Assembly: GCA_030141605.1 (NCBI GenBank)
Contig: JAQGDQ010000215.1
Span: 124,001-188,000, forward strand
DNA from: Tubiluchus corallicola
Lineage: Eukaryota > Animalia > Priapulida
Direction: 5' to 3'
DNA length: 64,000 bases
Shown here: one piece after another, positions 24,423 through 37,861 of the stretch
Numbering within the stretch: position 1 is the first letter of the stretch
Layout of the letters: each line of letters starts with the position of its first letter
The notes under the pieces: model-generated
Databases searched by the model: none
Told to the model about the DNA's origin: nothing
Seen by the model: only the letters and a program-made list of their open reading frames with translations
Made by a program: the position numbers and the translations under genes

Positions 24423-27400
24423 CATTATTATTATTATTGATATTATTGTTATCGTTGTTTTGGCACAGGTTTGGTTTTCACATCGACATGACCTTCCTGT
24501 TTCTTTGTCTTTCTTTCCTTTTGTTGTCTTCTGCCATCCTTTTCTTTATCTTTTTCTATTTCTTCTTGAGGTGGCCTTTAATTTATGCTGCTGTATTGCC
24601 ATTTTTAGGTCTCCTCAGCCGCGCAGCTTTACTCTTTGTAATTTCAGTCTTAAATATTATGGCAAACTTAATCTGTATGTGTTCCTGTTGTTGGCTAAAT
24701 GGTTAAATCTTGAATCTTGAATTTTGCCTTTGTGCCCTCAAATGAAATCCGCTTCATCGTCATGAGAATAAGAAGTATATCTTCCGTTTTTCATTTTGAT
24801 GGGTCACATTGAAATGCACTGCTTCACAGAAATTCATTTTTCAGTGCGATCACTTTTTTATACTGCAGTAATTATTATTGAATTTTTATATATAGTTGTA
24901 GAGTTTTTATTTTATACATTTTTAGGTGACTAAGTTACAATCGGCTATTAAATATGGAGAGGAGGATTATCCTGCTGCTAAAAGTTTTATTGACCAATGT
25001 CCAGCAGATGACCCAGATAGGGATGTTAACTTTGCTTGTTTACTTTACAAGGTAGGATTGTGTGAGTGCAAGTAACATTTATTTATGCAAACAGGAAAAC
25101 AAATTCTTGCTGTACATACACTGGTTAGTTCCTTGTAGGCCTATATAGATTCTTATAGGCCCAAAAGGCCTTAAACCAAAAGTAAATACTAAAACTTTAG
25201 TTTTTACATTATTTGTTAGCTTATGATTTGTCACTGATGCTGCATTGCATCTCCGGCTTGCGGCAGACAGCCTTATACCAGTTTTTCAAAACAAAAGCAA
25301 AGTTCTCATGTTAGTTTGAATTGAAGAATTTGGAATTATGCAACACTTTGATACATTTATTTCTTAGTGGTTTGTTACATTTCTTCGAATATTTTTTTTA
25401 AAGTTGTATGCCATTGTGATAACTGGAAAAATTGCGCATAAAAAATCTGAAAGCTGTGCTTCTTAACCTAACAGGGGGAGCCAAGTACCTAATTATTATT
25501 ATGTTTCCTCGTTTTACGTTATTTTGCCATTTGCAGAGATGCTTTCATAGCAACAAACATGGTTCTTAACATTATTCAATAGCCTATTCCACATTTTCAA
25601 GGTTTGGAAGAACTTTGAATAAAATTTGTTTACACAAACATGTAAAGAGACAGCCGAGTCATCAGACGTTAATGTATTGCTAGTTTTTTTTGTTAACCAT
25701 GACAACTGTGTCAGTTGCCTACTAAAAGAAAGAATACAAGTTTGTACAGTATAACTTTAGAATACACATGTAAATTCTTTGGTATTTTTAGAAATTATTA
25801 CTTCCATATAAGTTTTCTTTTGAGTGAGCTGACTTTTTCCTGTTATTTGCTTTGCAGGAGGGGAGTTACAATGAGGCGTGTGCCAAGTTCACCCAATCAA
25901 TGCAAGTGATCGGATACAAGCCACACCTGTCTTACAATATTGCACTTTGTCACTATCAAATGAAGCAGTACGGTCAGGCGCTCAAACACATCTCTGATAT
26001 CATAGAACGAGGAATTCAAGAACATCCAGGTGTGGGATGATTCCCGTGTCTTTCGCATCTCTGTTTCTGAAATCATTAAACCACAACTTAATGTGATTAA
26101 TCTCAGCAAATAGTGCAGAGAAGTTTTCTGTAAGAAGACCTTTTAATATTGCAAATATTTTCCTTCTCTGCACTGTTGATATTGGAAAAAAATCTTACAA
26201 TTATCAGGAGTTGTTACTGGAGCATGAAATGTACAGCAGCTCAGTGTTAAATTGTGTTTTTTTTCGTTAAGTAATTAGTTTTCATTAACAGTTGCTTTGC
26301 CATAAGCTTGTCCCATTTATGCAGAATTCTATTAAAAACAATATTGACATAAGGAAAAAATTGTTTATTCTATATCTCATTGACCTAAGCAATATATAGT
26401 TTATTCTATATCTCATTGACCTAAGCAAAAATAGTTTATTCTATATCTCATCGTCCTAAGTAATATATAGTTTGTTCTGTATCTCATTGACCTAAGCAAA
26501 AATAGTTTATTCTATATCTCATCGTCCTAAGTAATATATAGTTTGTTCTGTATCTCATTGACCTAAGCAATATATAGTTTATTCTATATCTCATCGTCCT
26601 AAGTAATATATAGTTTGTTCTGTATCTCATTGACCTAAGCAAAAATAGTTTATTCTATATCTCATCGTCCTAAGTAATATATAGTTTGTTCTGTATCTCA
26701 TTGACCTAAGCAAAAATAGTTTATTCTATATCTCATCGTCCTAAGTAATATATAGTTTGTTCTGTATCTCATTTACCTAAGCAAAAATAGTTTATTCTAT
26801 ATCTCATCGTCCTAAGTAATATATAGTTTGTTCTGTATCTCATTGACCTAAGCAATATATAGTTTATTCTATATCTCATCGTCCTAAGTAATATATAGTT
26901 TGTTCTGTATCTCATTGACCTAAGCAATATATAGTTTATTCTGTATCTCATTGACCTAAGCAATATATAGTTTGTTCTGTATCTCATTGACCTAAGCAAA
27001 AATAATTTATTCTATATCTCATTGACCTAACCAATATATATTTTGTTCTGTATCTCATTGACCTAAGCAAAAATAGTTTATTCTATATCTCATTGACCTA
27101 AGCAATAAATAGTTTGTTCTGTATCTCATTGACCTAAGCAAAAATAGTTTATTCTATATCTCATCGTCCTAAGTAATATATAGTTTGTTCTGTATCTCAT
27201 TGACCTAAGCAAAAATAGTTTATTCTATATCTCATCGTCCTAAGTAATATATAGTTTGTTCTGTATCTCATTGACCTAAACAAAAATAGTTTATTCTATA
27301 TCTCATCGTCCTAAGTAATATATAGTTTGTTCTGTATCTCATTGACCTAAGCAATATATAGTTTATTCTATATCTCATCGTCCTAAGTAATATACATTTT

Positions 27401-30400
27401 GTTCTGTATCTCATTGACCTAAGCAAAAATAGTTTATTCTATATCTCATCGTCCTAAGTAATATATAGTTTGTTCTGTATCTCATTGACCTAAGCAAAAA
27501 TAGTTTATTCTATATCTCATCGTCCTAAGCAGTGTGTTCTGTATCTCATTGACCTAAGCAATATATAGTTTATTCTATATCTCATCGTCCTAAGCAATAT
27601 ATAGTTTGTTCTGCATCTCTTAACTTTGTTGTTTGAAGTAGCTTTTTCGTGTTTGACTTTGTTTTTCTGTTTCATATGTGTGTCTATATTTTTGTTTAGA
27701 ATTGTGTCATAATAGCGTATCATTTCTTTCCATTAGCAGTTTGTTAATAAAAATTGTTTTGCTACTAAGAATTGCTAATTAAGTTCATCGCGTTATTGAT
27801 TTTGTAGAGCTTAGCGTGGGAATGACAACTGAAGGAATTGATGTTCGCAGCGTGGGAAACACGGCTACATTGCATGACACAGCACTTATTGAAGCCTTCA
27901 ATCTGAAAGCGGGCATAGAATATCAGCTGAAGAACTGTGAGTTTTTGTTTAGTTAATGTATAATTTTAATTGTGGAAAATGGCAGGCATGATTTTTTTAA
28001 TATCCTATCATAATTCGCATGTTTATTCAATCATACATTTGTTTAGTTATGATTGGCAGAAAAAAATCGGAAGAGTTAAGGCGCTCTCTGTATCAAAAGT
28101 ACTAAAAAGAACTTTCTTAGATTATAAATGTGTTGTATTAGCTTCAAAAGTAAAACAATGTGCTCTTAAGCCAGGGTAGGTTCTTAATTTGAACATTGTT
28201 TCATAATTGACATTATTATAACCTTGAACAAATTTAAAGACCTGTGTGCTATACAGTGAAGCTACCTTATATAATGCAATATAATCTATCAAGTGACACA
28301 AATATTACAGTTTTATAGGGATTATGTCCTTATAATAACTATTACAGTTGATGATGCTGCTGAAGCTTTGACTGATATGCCACCGAGATCTGAAGAGGAA
28401 CTGGATGCCATTACGTTGCATAATGTTGCTTTGATGAATATGGACAAAGATGCAACCAGCGGTTTTCAAAAGCTCCAGTATCTTTTGCAGCAGGTGAATC
28501 TATAGCAGTTTGTATTGTCAATAATAAAACAATATCTGCTGCTAACGTTTTCAAAAATAATTCCTTTTTATCTAATTAATGTTCTACCAACCTTTTTGGG
28601 ATGAATAGTGAATGACTTGAAATCTTAAAATGGCAGGTATTTTCTACAGTAAGAATCGTGCACATTTTTTTGTCAAAGGATAGCTGGTGGTATTTTTTTA
28701 CTATTGTCAATTTTGCATGGCTTTGTACATTTGTGTTTTTTACATGTATCATTAATGGTAATAAATGCAAAGACTTGTGTTTTATGTGCTGGGTGATTTT
28801 TAACTTGACCAGATGAGGGTGAGGGACAATATTGGAAGTTATACGAAACAGGGCAAAGATTTGGAGTCTTTTTATAACTAAACTGCATGCCGTATGTAAA
28901 CTTGAGGGTTGACTGCGGATTAATGATGAATGCAGCAACTAGCACACGTTCCTCTATGCCTTGTTGTTTTCAATTTCATTTAATATTTGTACCGTTAGTG
29001 GAAATACGGCATATGTATGACGTGTTTCTCTTAAATTGCTGCTTATAACTTGTGTGTTTTTATGTGGTTATGCTAAATGTGCGGATAATAAGAGTTGATC
29101 TCATTTTTTGTTAGAGTTTCCACGATGTGCTACTTCATCTTGAAAAAAATCTCCACTATCAATTTCTGTGTCTTCTTTCCTCAAAAAATATTTTGCTTTT
29201 TCTTATTTTATGTACATTCAAAATCAACTTTTTCTTTAAATCGTTGATTTGAGCAATCGTTGATCTGAACAATTGTTGATTTGAACAATCACTGAGTTGA
29301 ACAATCGTTGAATTGAACAATCGTTGATTTTAGCAATCATTGATTTGAACAATCATTGTTTTGAACAATCATTGATTGTTTTGTTTCATTTACAGGAGTC
29401 ATTTCCACCAGAGACATTTGGAAACTTATTACTTCTCTTCTGTAAATACAATTACTTTGACTTGGCTGCTGACACAATGGCTGAAAATACAGATCTCACC
29501 TACAAACATTTAACTCCTGTAAGTAATATTTAGTACTTCTTCAAACCTAGGTATTTCGTGCCCGCTAACTGACCACTTTTTATTTAGTACTGGAAGCAGA
29601 AAGATATTTTTTAGTCCAAGTAGGCTGTCTTGCAATTAAGCCATCTCACTACATTTATGCTTGCTTCATTTAAAGTGCAATGTGCGTCAATATTGAGAAA
29701 GGTTTTAAGCAGATTTTTTCAGAAACTGTTTGTGCTTTGCTTTTAGTCTAGTTTAAACATAGTTTTATTGAATAACAAGTACTGGAATACGGCTTGAACA
29801 CACAGTTTCGAACAACTGATGAATGTTCTCGCTAATGAAAGTAACACTTAGTAGAGTGCAGACGACAGACAAACAGTAGAAGCATTACAGCTTGACTACT
29901 ATCAGTATAGACACATACATAGCATAATGTTGTGAATGACATTAATATTACTATGTAATCAATATAAACTAATACAATATAATACTAATACAATATAAAC
30001 TAATATCATATAAACCATACTAATATAAACTAACTAATACTTAGTTAGAAATACGAATTTCTGTACAAGCTTAAATACTTGAATATTAACAGTTGTATTT
30101 AAGTGTTGATTGTAATGAAGAAGCAGATAAACGAGTTCATTTGTTGACAGATTATAAATTCTAATATTATGAGGAATTAACAAAGTACAGAGTTCGTTTA
30201 GTAAGATATCTTGAGCCTGGTGACATACTGAGCAGCTAATTAGAAAATGATTTAGTTGCTTCAAAAGGTGCTGCACATCTGCAGGTAGGTAAAATAGGAG
30301 TTCCATCATTCTTTTACATCCTCTCTGGTTGAGATTTAATTGAGAAATGCAAACCCGCATTCTTGTTTGAAGAACAGCTAGTCTACGATCAAAATATGCA

Positions 30401-33400
30401 TTTATTGTATTGCTTGAATTTCCAAAGTAAATGGTTTAATGTATGAATCACATTGTGATACTAAATATTTCAGAATATCCTTATCAGAAAGATCCATTGT
30501 TTTAGAAACAGTCAAGAGAGTTTAATTTTGTTTCATAATGTTGGAACACATGGTTTACAGGTTTGTCTCACATTGCAAACCAATGCTTTTTTTGTTTACA
30601 AATGTAATGAATCGTTTGTTTGTTGCAGCTGATATTACTGCAACGCTCTGATCTTACTGATAAACCTTAGTGATGATACAGTTTAGAAATAGTTTTTATT
30701 TTTTCTTATCATTATGTCAATATCTGTTAATATTTATGTGCTTCCCCCTGAGGGCATCCCAACAAAAAAATGTATCGGAAATGTAATTGTAAATTCCCAG
30801 TTTTACAGTTTAGGTCTCAAGTCTCGGCTTTTAACTCTCTTGTTCATGTTTTATCCGAGAACCAAGCCTTTATCATTTTTCTGTTTATAAAAATGCAGTA
30901 TGTTCACCTTCATTAATTGCTCTAGGTTAGCTGTATGTATCTTAATAAGTATTTTTTTAATTTGCAAATATGTCACAGTCAAAAATGATTATTCATTTTA
31001 ATTTGTTATTTATATTAATTTGATACTATTAATTTAATTTAATAGTCACTGTATCTTTGGTTACAACAATCATCTCAACGAATGTGGATAACACAGTTCA
31101 TTCTGACTAATGTGTATCGTTTCAGTACATGTATTCGTTCCTTGATGCTCTTATTACTGCACAAACCTCACCAGAGGAAGCTTACAGGAAGTTTGATGAA
31201 ATGGCCGCCAAGCACACAGAACAGTTACGAAAACTAACTAAACAGGTATGTGTTTGACAGCAGTAGTTTGTGTGGTGGTAATGGGGAATGTGGGGGCAGT
31301 GGGGTAGAGGGGAATGTGGGCATAGTAGGGAATGTGGAGAATTGGGGTTAGTGGGGAATGTGGAGGTACTGGAGAATGTGGGAGTAGTGGGGAATGTGAG
31401 AGTAGTGTGGAATGTGGGGTTAGTGGGGATGTGGGGGCAGTGGGATAGTGGGGAATGTGGGTGTAGTGGAGAATGTGGGGGTAGTGGGGAATTGGGGAAT
31501 GTGGACGTACTGGAGAGTGTGGAGGTAGTAGGGAATGTGGGGAGTGTGGGGGTAGTGGGAGTAGTGGGGAATGAGGGAGTAGTGGGGAATGTGGAGGTAG
31601 TGGGGAATGTGGAGGTAGTGGGGAATGTGGGGGTTAGTGGGGAATGTGAGAGTAGTGTGGAATGTGGGGTTAGTGGGGAATGTCAGGGCAGTGGGATAGT
31701 GGGGAATGTGGAGGTACTAGGGAATGTGGGGGTAGTGGGGAATTGGGGAATGTGGAGGTACTGGGGAATGTGGAGGTAGTGGGGATGTGGGGGTAGTGGG
31801 GATAGTGGAGAATGTGTTGGTAGTAGGGAATGTGGGGGCAGTGGGGATTGGGGGTAGTGGGGAATGTGGAGGTACTGGGGAATGTGGGTAATGTGTTTTA
31901 TTTACAGTCACATTTTCATTGTTACATTTCCAAATACGTATCACACTATTTTGCTGCCGACTGCTGAATTTGGCATAAATATATAGCCGTAGAAGAATTC
32001 GAATTTGTTTGTTGATTCACGTTTCATTGTAAACTGTTATAATACTAAGATTAAGCAGAGTGGTAAAGATAAGAAGATACACTGATTCATCCTAGTAGTA
32101 ATTATGTACTTTAAATTATATTGATTGACTTGCTGTAAGTCTGTTCATTTATAATTGCTGGTATAATCTGTGTGCATTGCACTGGCGTGTCACAGTTTGT
32201 TAAGATCTTATGAAAATATAATGCAAGTTTGATGTGAGTTTAATGTGAGTTTGATGTGAGTTTAATGTGTTTTAGGTTCAGGAAGCTCGACACAATCACG
32301 ATGATGATACAGTGAAGAAGGCAGTCAATGAGTACGACGAAGCTTTGGAAAAGTACAACTTGTTTGCGTTTTTTGGATTTGTGTTGGGTTTTTCTGATTT
32401 TAGAATTTTGTTCTAAATCTTTACTATCTTTCTAAATCGAAATCTAAATTTCTCTACTATCAAATAGTCGAAGTTTTTTTGCTGTTTTGTTTGCTTATTG
32501 TATCATATATTCACTTGTTGAGAGGTAATTATGCTGTCCACTTTGTTTTTACAACACTGCGAATGAAAATGAACTTAATTATTAAATACTACGTGTGCTT
32601 TTGTAACACAGCAAAGTTCATCGGTTAGGTTTAACACAGCGAAATTATATTGTAGATTAGAGACTGCATGTATTAGGATGTAGGTTAGCAGTGCAAAATG
32701 TTAAGGCAAATAACACCTGCACAAAGTGTTTAATTTGTGTTAATGGTGGCTTTTCTAGAAGATATCAGCAGAACAAATGAGAAATTTCAGTAGCTAATGT
32801 AAAATAAGAAATTGAGGGATAAATTTTGTTCGTCGTTAAGCTAAATCATCATGATAAACGGGGGCATCATTAGTATTTGCAATTATATATTTCTCTAGGG
32901 GTTTGAGACATCTTAAGACTCTATATTTATTGTTTAGGTACATCCCTGTGTTGATGCAGCAAGCAAAAATTTACTGGGACATGGAAAATTACGCACAAGT
33001 TGAGAAAATTTTTCGCAAATCTGTTGAGTTCTGCAACGAGCACGACACATGGAAGCTGAATGTGGCACATGTTCTATTTATGCAGGACAACAAGTGGAAG
33101 GAAGCAACTGGCTTTTACGAGCCCATTGTTAGGAAGCATTATGACAATGTATGTTGCGCACGAGTAGAGAAGTTGATCTTGGAAGTTTACCCTCAACAGA
33201 AAGTGTTTCTTAGTTCTGAGTCTTTAACCCTTTCACTAAGTAGTTGCTTTTTAACTGGACTACATTGACTTTTGCGCATTTGACTTCTTGTGGTGTGAAA
33301 CTAAGACAGAATGTTGTAAATAAACAAATAGTTGTTTGTTATTGAGTACTAATATTTTAAATATCAGTTTTATTTCTACACATGCACACACATAGGAGCA

Positions 33401-36400
33401 CATGTTCTTGTACTCACACACGCACGCACGCACACACACACACACATGTGCTTACCATCATAAATAAGCATGTACTTATATTTAGAAACCAGTTTTCACA
33501 AAAGACAATACTAATCCATAATATGTAGTCATTTTATAAGAATGCAAAACAGTCAACTAAACATACGTTTCATCAACGATCTACAAGTGATTTTGTAGAG
33601 TAACATACTACAAGGGAACGTACCATACAGTACAGTAATGTGGAATGCATCTGGCTTCAGATGCTGATTGGCTACCTAGCATTACTTGTTGTGAAGCAAC
33701 CCCAACGCCACGGCTGTTAAACTTTTCTACATTGTTTTGCTGGGCCATAGCAGTAAAATAAACAGACCTGTGTCACTGCATTTAGTGCTGAGCTTGGGCA
33801 GCAGTCTACCGCCTTCCATCCCTTACATGAAAAGCACAGGTGCCAGTGTGATGCCTTCCATAGTGAAAGGGTTAAAATATTAATTGTAATAAACTTCTGT
33901 TAAAAAGCCACATTGTTGACTTCACATAATTATTAATCAATAACAGACTGTTAAGGATGCCTATACTAGATGAAAGTAGCTGACAATAAATCTGTTTTTT
34001 TATTTAAACTTCAGGTCAATTCCAAAAACTTTCAATCAAAAAGGTTAAGCAGCTTATCGATAATCAATAATGTCTCTTCCCTGCATACTGCATTAAAATT
34101 TGAAATGTTATTGAAAAAGCTATTACGTAATATTCTAAACAGTGCTTTTCAATTTTACGTTCTACGATTTAAGAACTTGTTTTTTATTCATAGATACTGG
34201 ATGTGAGTGCCATAGTTCTTGCAAACCTCTGTGTCTCATATATTATGATCAGTTCAAATGAAGAGGTAGGAGCAATTATTATATAAGTTTCTTGTTTTCT
34301 ATGTAAGTTGACATTATGTACATAGTAAGAATTGTTATGGACCAATGTTATTAAAGGAGAACACAACAAAAAAATTCGCCACATAAAACTAAGGAAAAGT
34401 GCTTCATTGCAATTTCACAATAACAGGATTTTTTATTATTAATATGTGAATTGTTCACCAAGTTACTACCACTTTCTTTTTTTTTATTTTTTTCTTTCTG
34501 CTTTTCTTTTTTTATGAATAAGTATATTATTTATATTATTGTATTAAAATTATATGTGTTGAATGTGTGGAAATCTCAAGTATTGGCGTAAAGTACATTC
34601 AATTTTTGTAGGCAGAAGAACTGATGAGGAAGATTGAAAAGGAGGAAGAAAGAGTTGCATATGAAGATGCTGACAGGAAGATATTTCACCTGTGCATCGT
34701 CAACTTAGTTATAGGGTAATTATTGAATAATTGTATTAATTAAACTGCACTTGTTGTATCATGCTAATTTTAATCATTAGCAGAGAAATGTTATAATTAG
34801 TAATATGGCTAATGAGTGAGTTTAAAGATTATCTTTCATTGTCAAAGTTGTTATTCAAGAAAAAGACCAAATCGAAACTTTTATTCATCTGAATCTATAT
34901 TCTTTCTGCTGCAAACTGCAATCTTTTCTTAAATTACTAAAGAACTATTTTGAGCTTTTAGCTGCATTTTATGAGCTTCCTGCAAAATCTGTAAAGCAAA
35001 AACTGCAGTTGGTGAAATTGTTTGTAAATTTAATTGTGGTGAATTTTCAAAGAAAATCAGTTACATGGCTATACTTTTGTTGTCTAATGTGATGTGATTG
35101 ATTTGGTTCTAAACATGCTCTGTGTATATGTACTCATTTTTCTAATGTTTTTGCTTTTGGGTTTACCGCCTTCAAACTGTTTTTAAATCTCTATTTTTAG
35201 GTATGAAAAACATTCAATAACTACTTATTAGCTTGGCAGTTATATCAGAACTTATCTTGTTACTAAGGAAAAGAGATGAGATGAGATAAGATAGTTATCT
35301 GGCAGAGGTCTCGTAACCAAATTTAAAAGCATATACGTACAGCAAGAAAAACGGACCATTATAGATTCCATTTTTAGAGCAAACATTTAATAAAGCAGGT
35401 TTATAACTTCATGTTATAAAGGACAGCTTTTCTTTGGTTCAACCTTATGATATCATTATTTATTATTTATTAAATATATCCGCGACGATCATTACAGCAT
35501 TGTACATAAAAGTATTTAATAATATGTGCACAAGATGCCAAGCCACAAATGACCCGTGGGGTACTCAAGAAGTAACTACTTGTTCAGAGCACCCCAAATG
35601 AATGTGGACTGAGTGTAATAGAAAAGAGCAGTAAAGGAGTAGAAAGAAAGGTTAATAGAGAATAGAAAGAAGGAGAAAGTTGTGATGGTATCTGTATGAA
35701 TGGTATCATTTCTTATTTTAGGACTTTATATTGTGCAAAAGGAAATTATGAATTTGGAATTTCACGCATCATCAAGAGTTTGGAGCCGTATCAGAAGAAA
35801 TTAGGCACAGACACATGGTACTACGCTAAACGCTGCTTTCTCTCACTCATTGAAAACATGTCTAAACACATGATCATGCTTAGAGATCAAGTCATACAGG
35901 AATGCTTACAGTTTCTCGACCATGTGGAGCGTAAGTAATCAGTTTTGTTAGTTTGAGAAAACTGACTGATGTTGAATTTGTGTTTCCGAAATTCTCGCCT
36001 CATTAAAGTGTCTTTTAAACACAAGTGATTCGAAAACAATGCTATAGTGCAATCTTCACTTTACCAAGCTTATACGAGATGCACGAGACATTTCTACCAG
36101 TGAGAGATTATGTTATCGTCGCTAGCTGTGCCAGTTAGTGACTAAAGTTCTAAGCTGATGTATTTAAAAAAAATATTTTGAAAATTATTATAGCCAATAA
36201 AATGTGTATAAAATGTGGACAAAAAACTGTTATCTATTGAGCTAAAAATGTTGTGTATGTAGTGTAAAATAACTATATAAAGTAAAGTAATATTGTTACA
36301 GCTTACGGTTGAGCATCAAAGCTTTCAAGGTATTTAGGTTCATTATACTAAAACGTCAGCTAAAATGCCTTTTGTAAGTGAATCTTATTGCAATATTAAA

Positions 36401-36545
36401 TTAGTGTTTATTGTTAGTGTATGGACGTGATGTCGTAGCAAGTGTTGACCCACCATTAACCAATGAACCACAGCATGAAGGAAAGAACACTGCGACTTAC
36501 GAAGCTCGACAACTCAAAGCTCTTTTCCTGCAGCTGATTGGTTGA
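21463..36545 (+). CDS. IFT70: Intraflagellar transport protein 70 / TTC30 (fleer, DYF-1), complete, 16 exons, 649 aa
   Basis: Exons 21463-21519, 22255-22320, 22455-22570, 23979-24072, 24926-25051, 25858-26029, 27808-27936, 28348-28493, 29396-29518, 31126-31245, 32276-32352, 32938-33148, 34194-34265, 34612-34715, 35722-35930, 36418-36545(TGA); total 1950 nt. Family motifs: DGEYTAIIY, HPELSVGMTTEGIDVRSVGN, ALTDMPPRSEEELD, FPPETFGNLLLLFCKY, KIFRKSVEFCNEHDTWKLNVAHVLFMQ, TLYCAKGNYEFGISRIIKSLEPYQKKLGTDTWYYAKRCFL. Confidence 0.96.
22592..23287. mobile_element. pogo/Tigger-like MITE family B copy 1 (TA TSD)
   Basis: TA-cagtaagtcctcgcttaa ... ttaagcgaggacgtactg-TA; inverted homologue at 57802-58589. 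Confidence 0.85.
23523..23943. mobile_element. Tc1/mariner-type MITE family C copy 1
   Basis: Ends catatctcagtttg / caaaccgagatatgggtg-TA; homologue at 61045-61387. Confidence 0.75.
24371..24438. repeat. (TAT)n microsatellite
   Basis: Trinucleotide run; source of the spurious poly-I and poly-L ORFs. Confidence 0.95.
26362..27618. repeat. 35/36-bp tandem array with dimeric higher-order structure, about 35 monomers (IFT70 intron 6)
   Basis: Alternating tagtttattctatatctcatcgtcctaagtaatata and tagtttgttctgtatctcattgacctaagcaaaaa. Confidence 0.97.
29241..29377. repeat. 16-bp tandem repeat (gttgatttgaacaatc), about 8 copies
   Basis: Visible directly upstream of the IFT70 exon 9 acceptor. Confidence 0.85.
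31281..31888. repeat. G-rich degenerate ~18-bp tandem repeat (gtagtggggaatgtggag)
   Basis: Dozens of GGGG runs on the + strand in IFT70 intron 10. Confidence 0.93.
33228..33871. mobile_element. piggyBac-like non-autonomous element
   Basis: TTAA-ccctttcacta ... tagtgaaaggg-TTAA: an 11-bp perfect TIR starting CCC, with TTAA flanks. Confidence 0.75.
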
Positions 36546-37433
36546 ATGATAATATTTTCTGCTGAAGTAGTAAATATGGTTATTAGAAGTTGGGTTTTGT
36601 AAACAGTAAGAGTAACAGTGACAAGTGTAAGAATGTAAGAAAGTAAGTTTCACTATTGCATTATTCTCATTCACATTAATAGAGAATCTCAGATGGACGA
36701 TTATAGTTTATTGATAATTTTATTATTTATTCTTGTTAAAATTCCGTCCAGTTATGCACATGTATGTATTTTAAATCGTTTACAGCAGAGTGCTTAGCCT
36801 CGTGTGTGAGCAGTTTGCATTATATGATTAAATTACAAGTGCTGTGATATTATCATGTGCTGTGCATATATGTAATTATGTTTGCAAAATAAGAATTATC
36901 ATGATTAAAAACTGTATGTTATATTTTTATCAGGTTTAAGTGTATGATTTTCAAAATGTGTTTGATTTTTGCTTGAACAAGTACAACAATGTACTTCATG
37001 TAAGCACTAAACGAGAATGCTTTAACTTGGACTGCTTCTGCATCTCTCATTCTGAATTATACCATGTAAATGCCATGCAGGCGCGGTTTATTTATTTACA
37101 TGATGTAATACTAAATGAGGATATGACGTAATCATGTGACAGTGTATTTTAGAAGTTACAAACAGCAAATAGTTTCTCAATTAACTGAACATTGAGTAGG
37201 AAGTATAAGGCAGTGTAGTCAGATCAGTAGTTTAGTGAAATTCGGTGAAAGTAAGATTAACACTGTGTAGAAAGAAATGGGGTGGATGCATCAAACCATT
37301 GACGTTGCTTAACACTGAGCAATCAGAGCTTTCTTTTTCCTTCTTTTTGGCATACGTTTGTTTAAACAGGTAATAATTATGTTGTTCTTTTGTGATAAAA
37401 TTATTCTTTATATATTCTTTATAGTAGCAGAGA

Positions 37434-37861
37434 ACATTGATTGGTCTCCTTGTAACTTTCTGATTGTACAAGCAATGAGATCACATTAAATTCATACTTT
37501 GACGTAACAATGTTTTTGTTATTAGCTAAAATGCTTTTGCTCCTGGTATTGTTGATGAAGTCATTGATGATGATGACGTCATTGTTGATGGTGACATTGA
37601 TTGGTCTCCTTGTAACTTTCTGATTGTACAAGTAATGAGATCACATGAAATTCATACTTTGACGTAACAATGTTTTTGTTATTAGCTAAAATGCTTTTGC
37701 TCCTGGTATTGTTGATGACGTCATTGATGATGATGACATTGATTGGTTTCCTTGTTAACTTTCTGATTGTACAAGTAATGAGATCACGTTAAGTTCATAC
37801 TTTGACATAACAATGTTTTTGTTACTACTGTAGCTAAAATGCTTTTACTCCTGGTATTGTT
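37434..37861. repeat. Tandem triplication of a ~140-160-bp unit
   Basis: acattgattggtctccttgtaactttctgattgtacaag... starts at 37434, 37594 and 37736. Confidence 0.92.

Noticed and set aside
24322-24720. Poly-Ile/poly-Leu hydrophobic ORFs; likewise the LTYL ORF at 2331 and the RE/SL ORFs at 60198-60561
   Set aside because: Microsatellite translation artefacts.
26362-27618. 36-bp repeats resembling a CRISPR array (also the 42-bp and 58-bp arrays)
   Set aside because: Units are head-to-tail with no unique spacers, lie in eukaryotic introns, and have no cas genes nearby.
29760-29845. Possible second Penelope pLTR/hammerhead (minus strand: TTAGCGA gaaca..tgttc GAAA)
   Set aside because: Stem II pairs, but the core has three substitutions, stem I is not evident, and there is no convincing endonuclease remnant.
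31288-31944. ORFs of 163 aa (+) and 75 aa (-) rich in G/V/E/C or P/H/T
   Set aside because: Translations of the G-rich tandem repeat within an intron.
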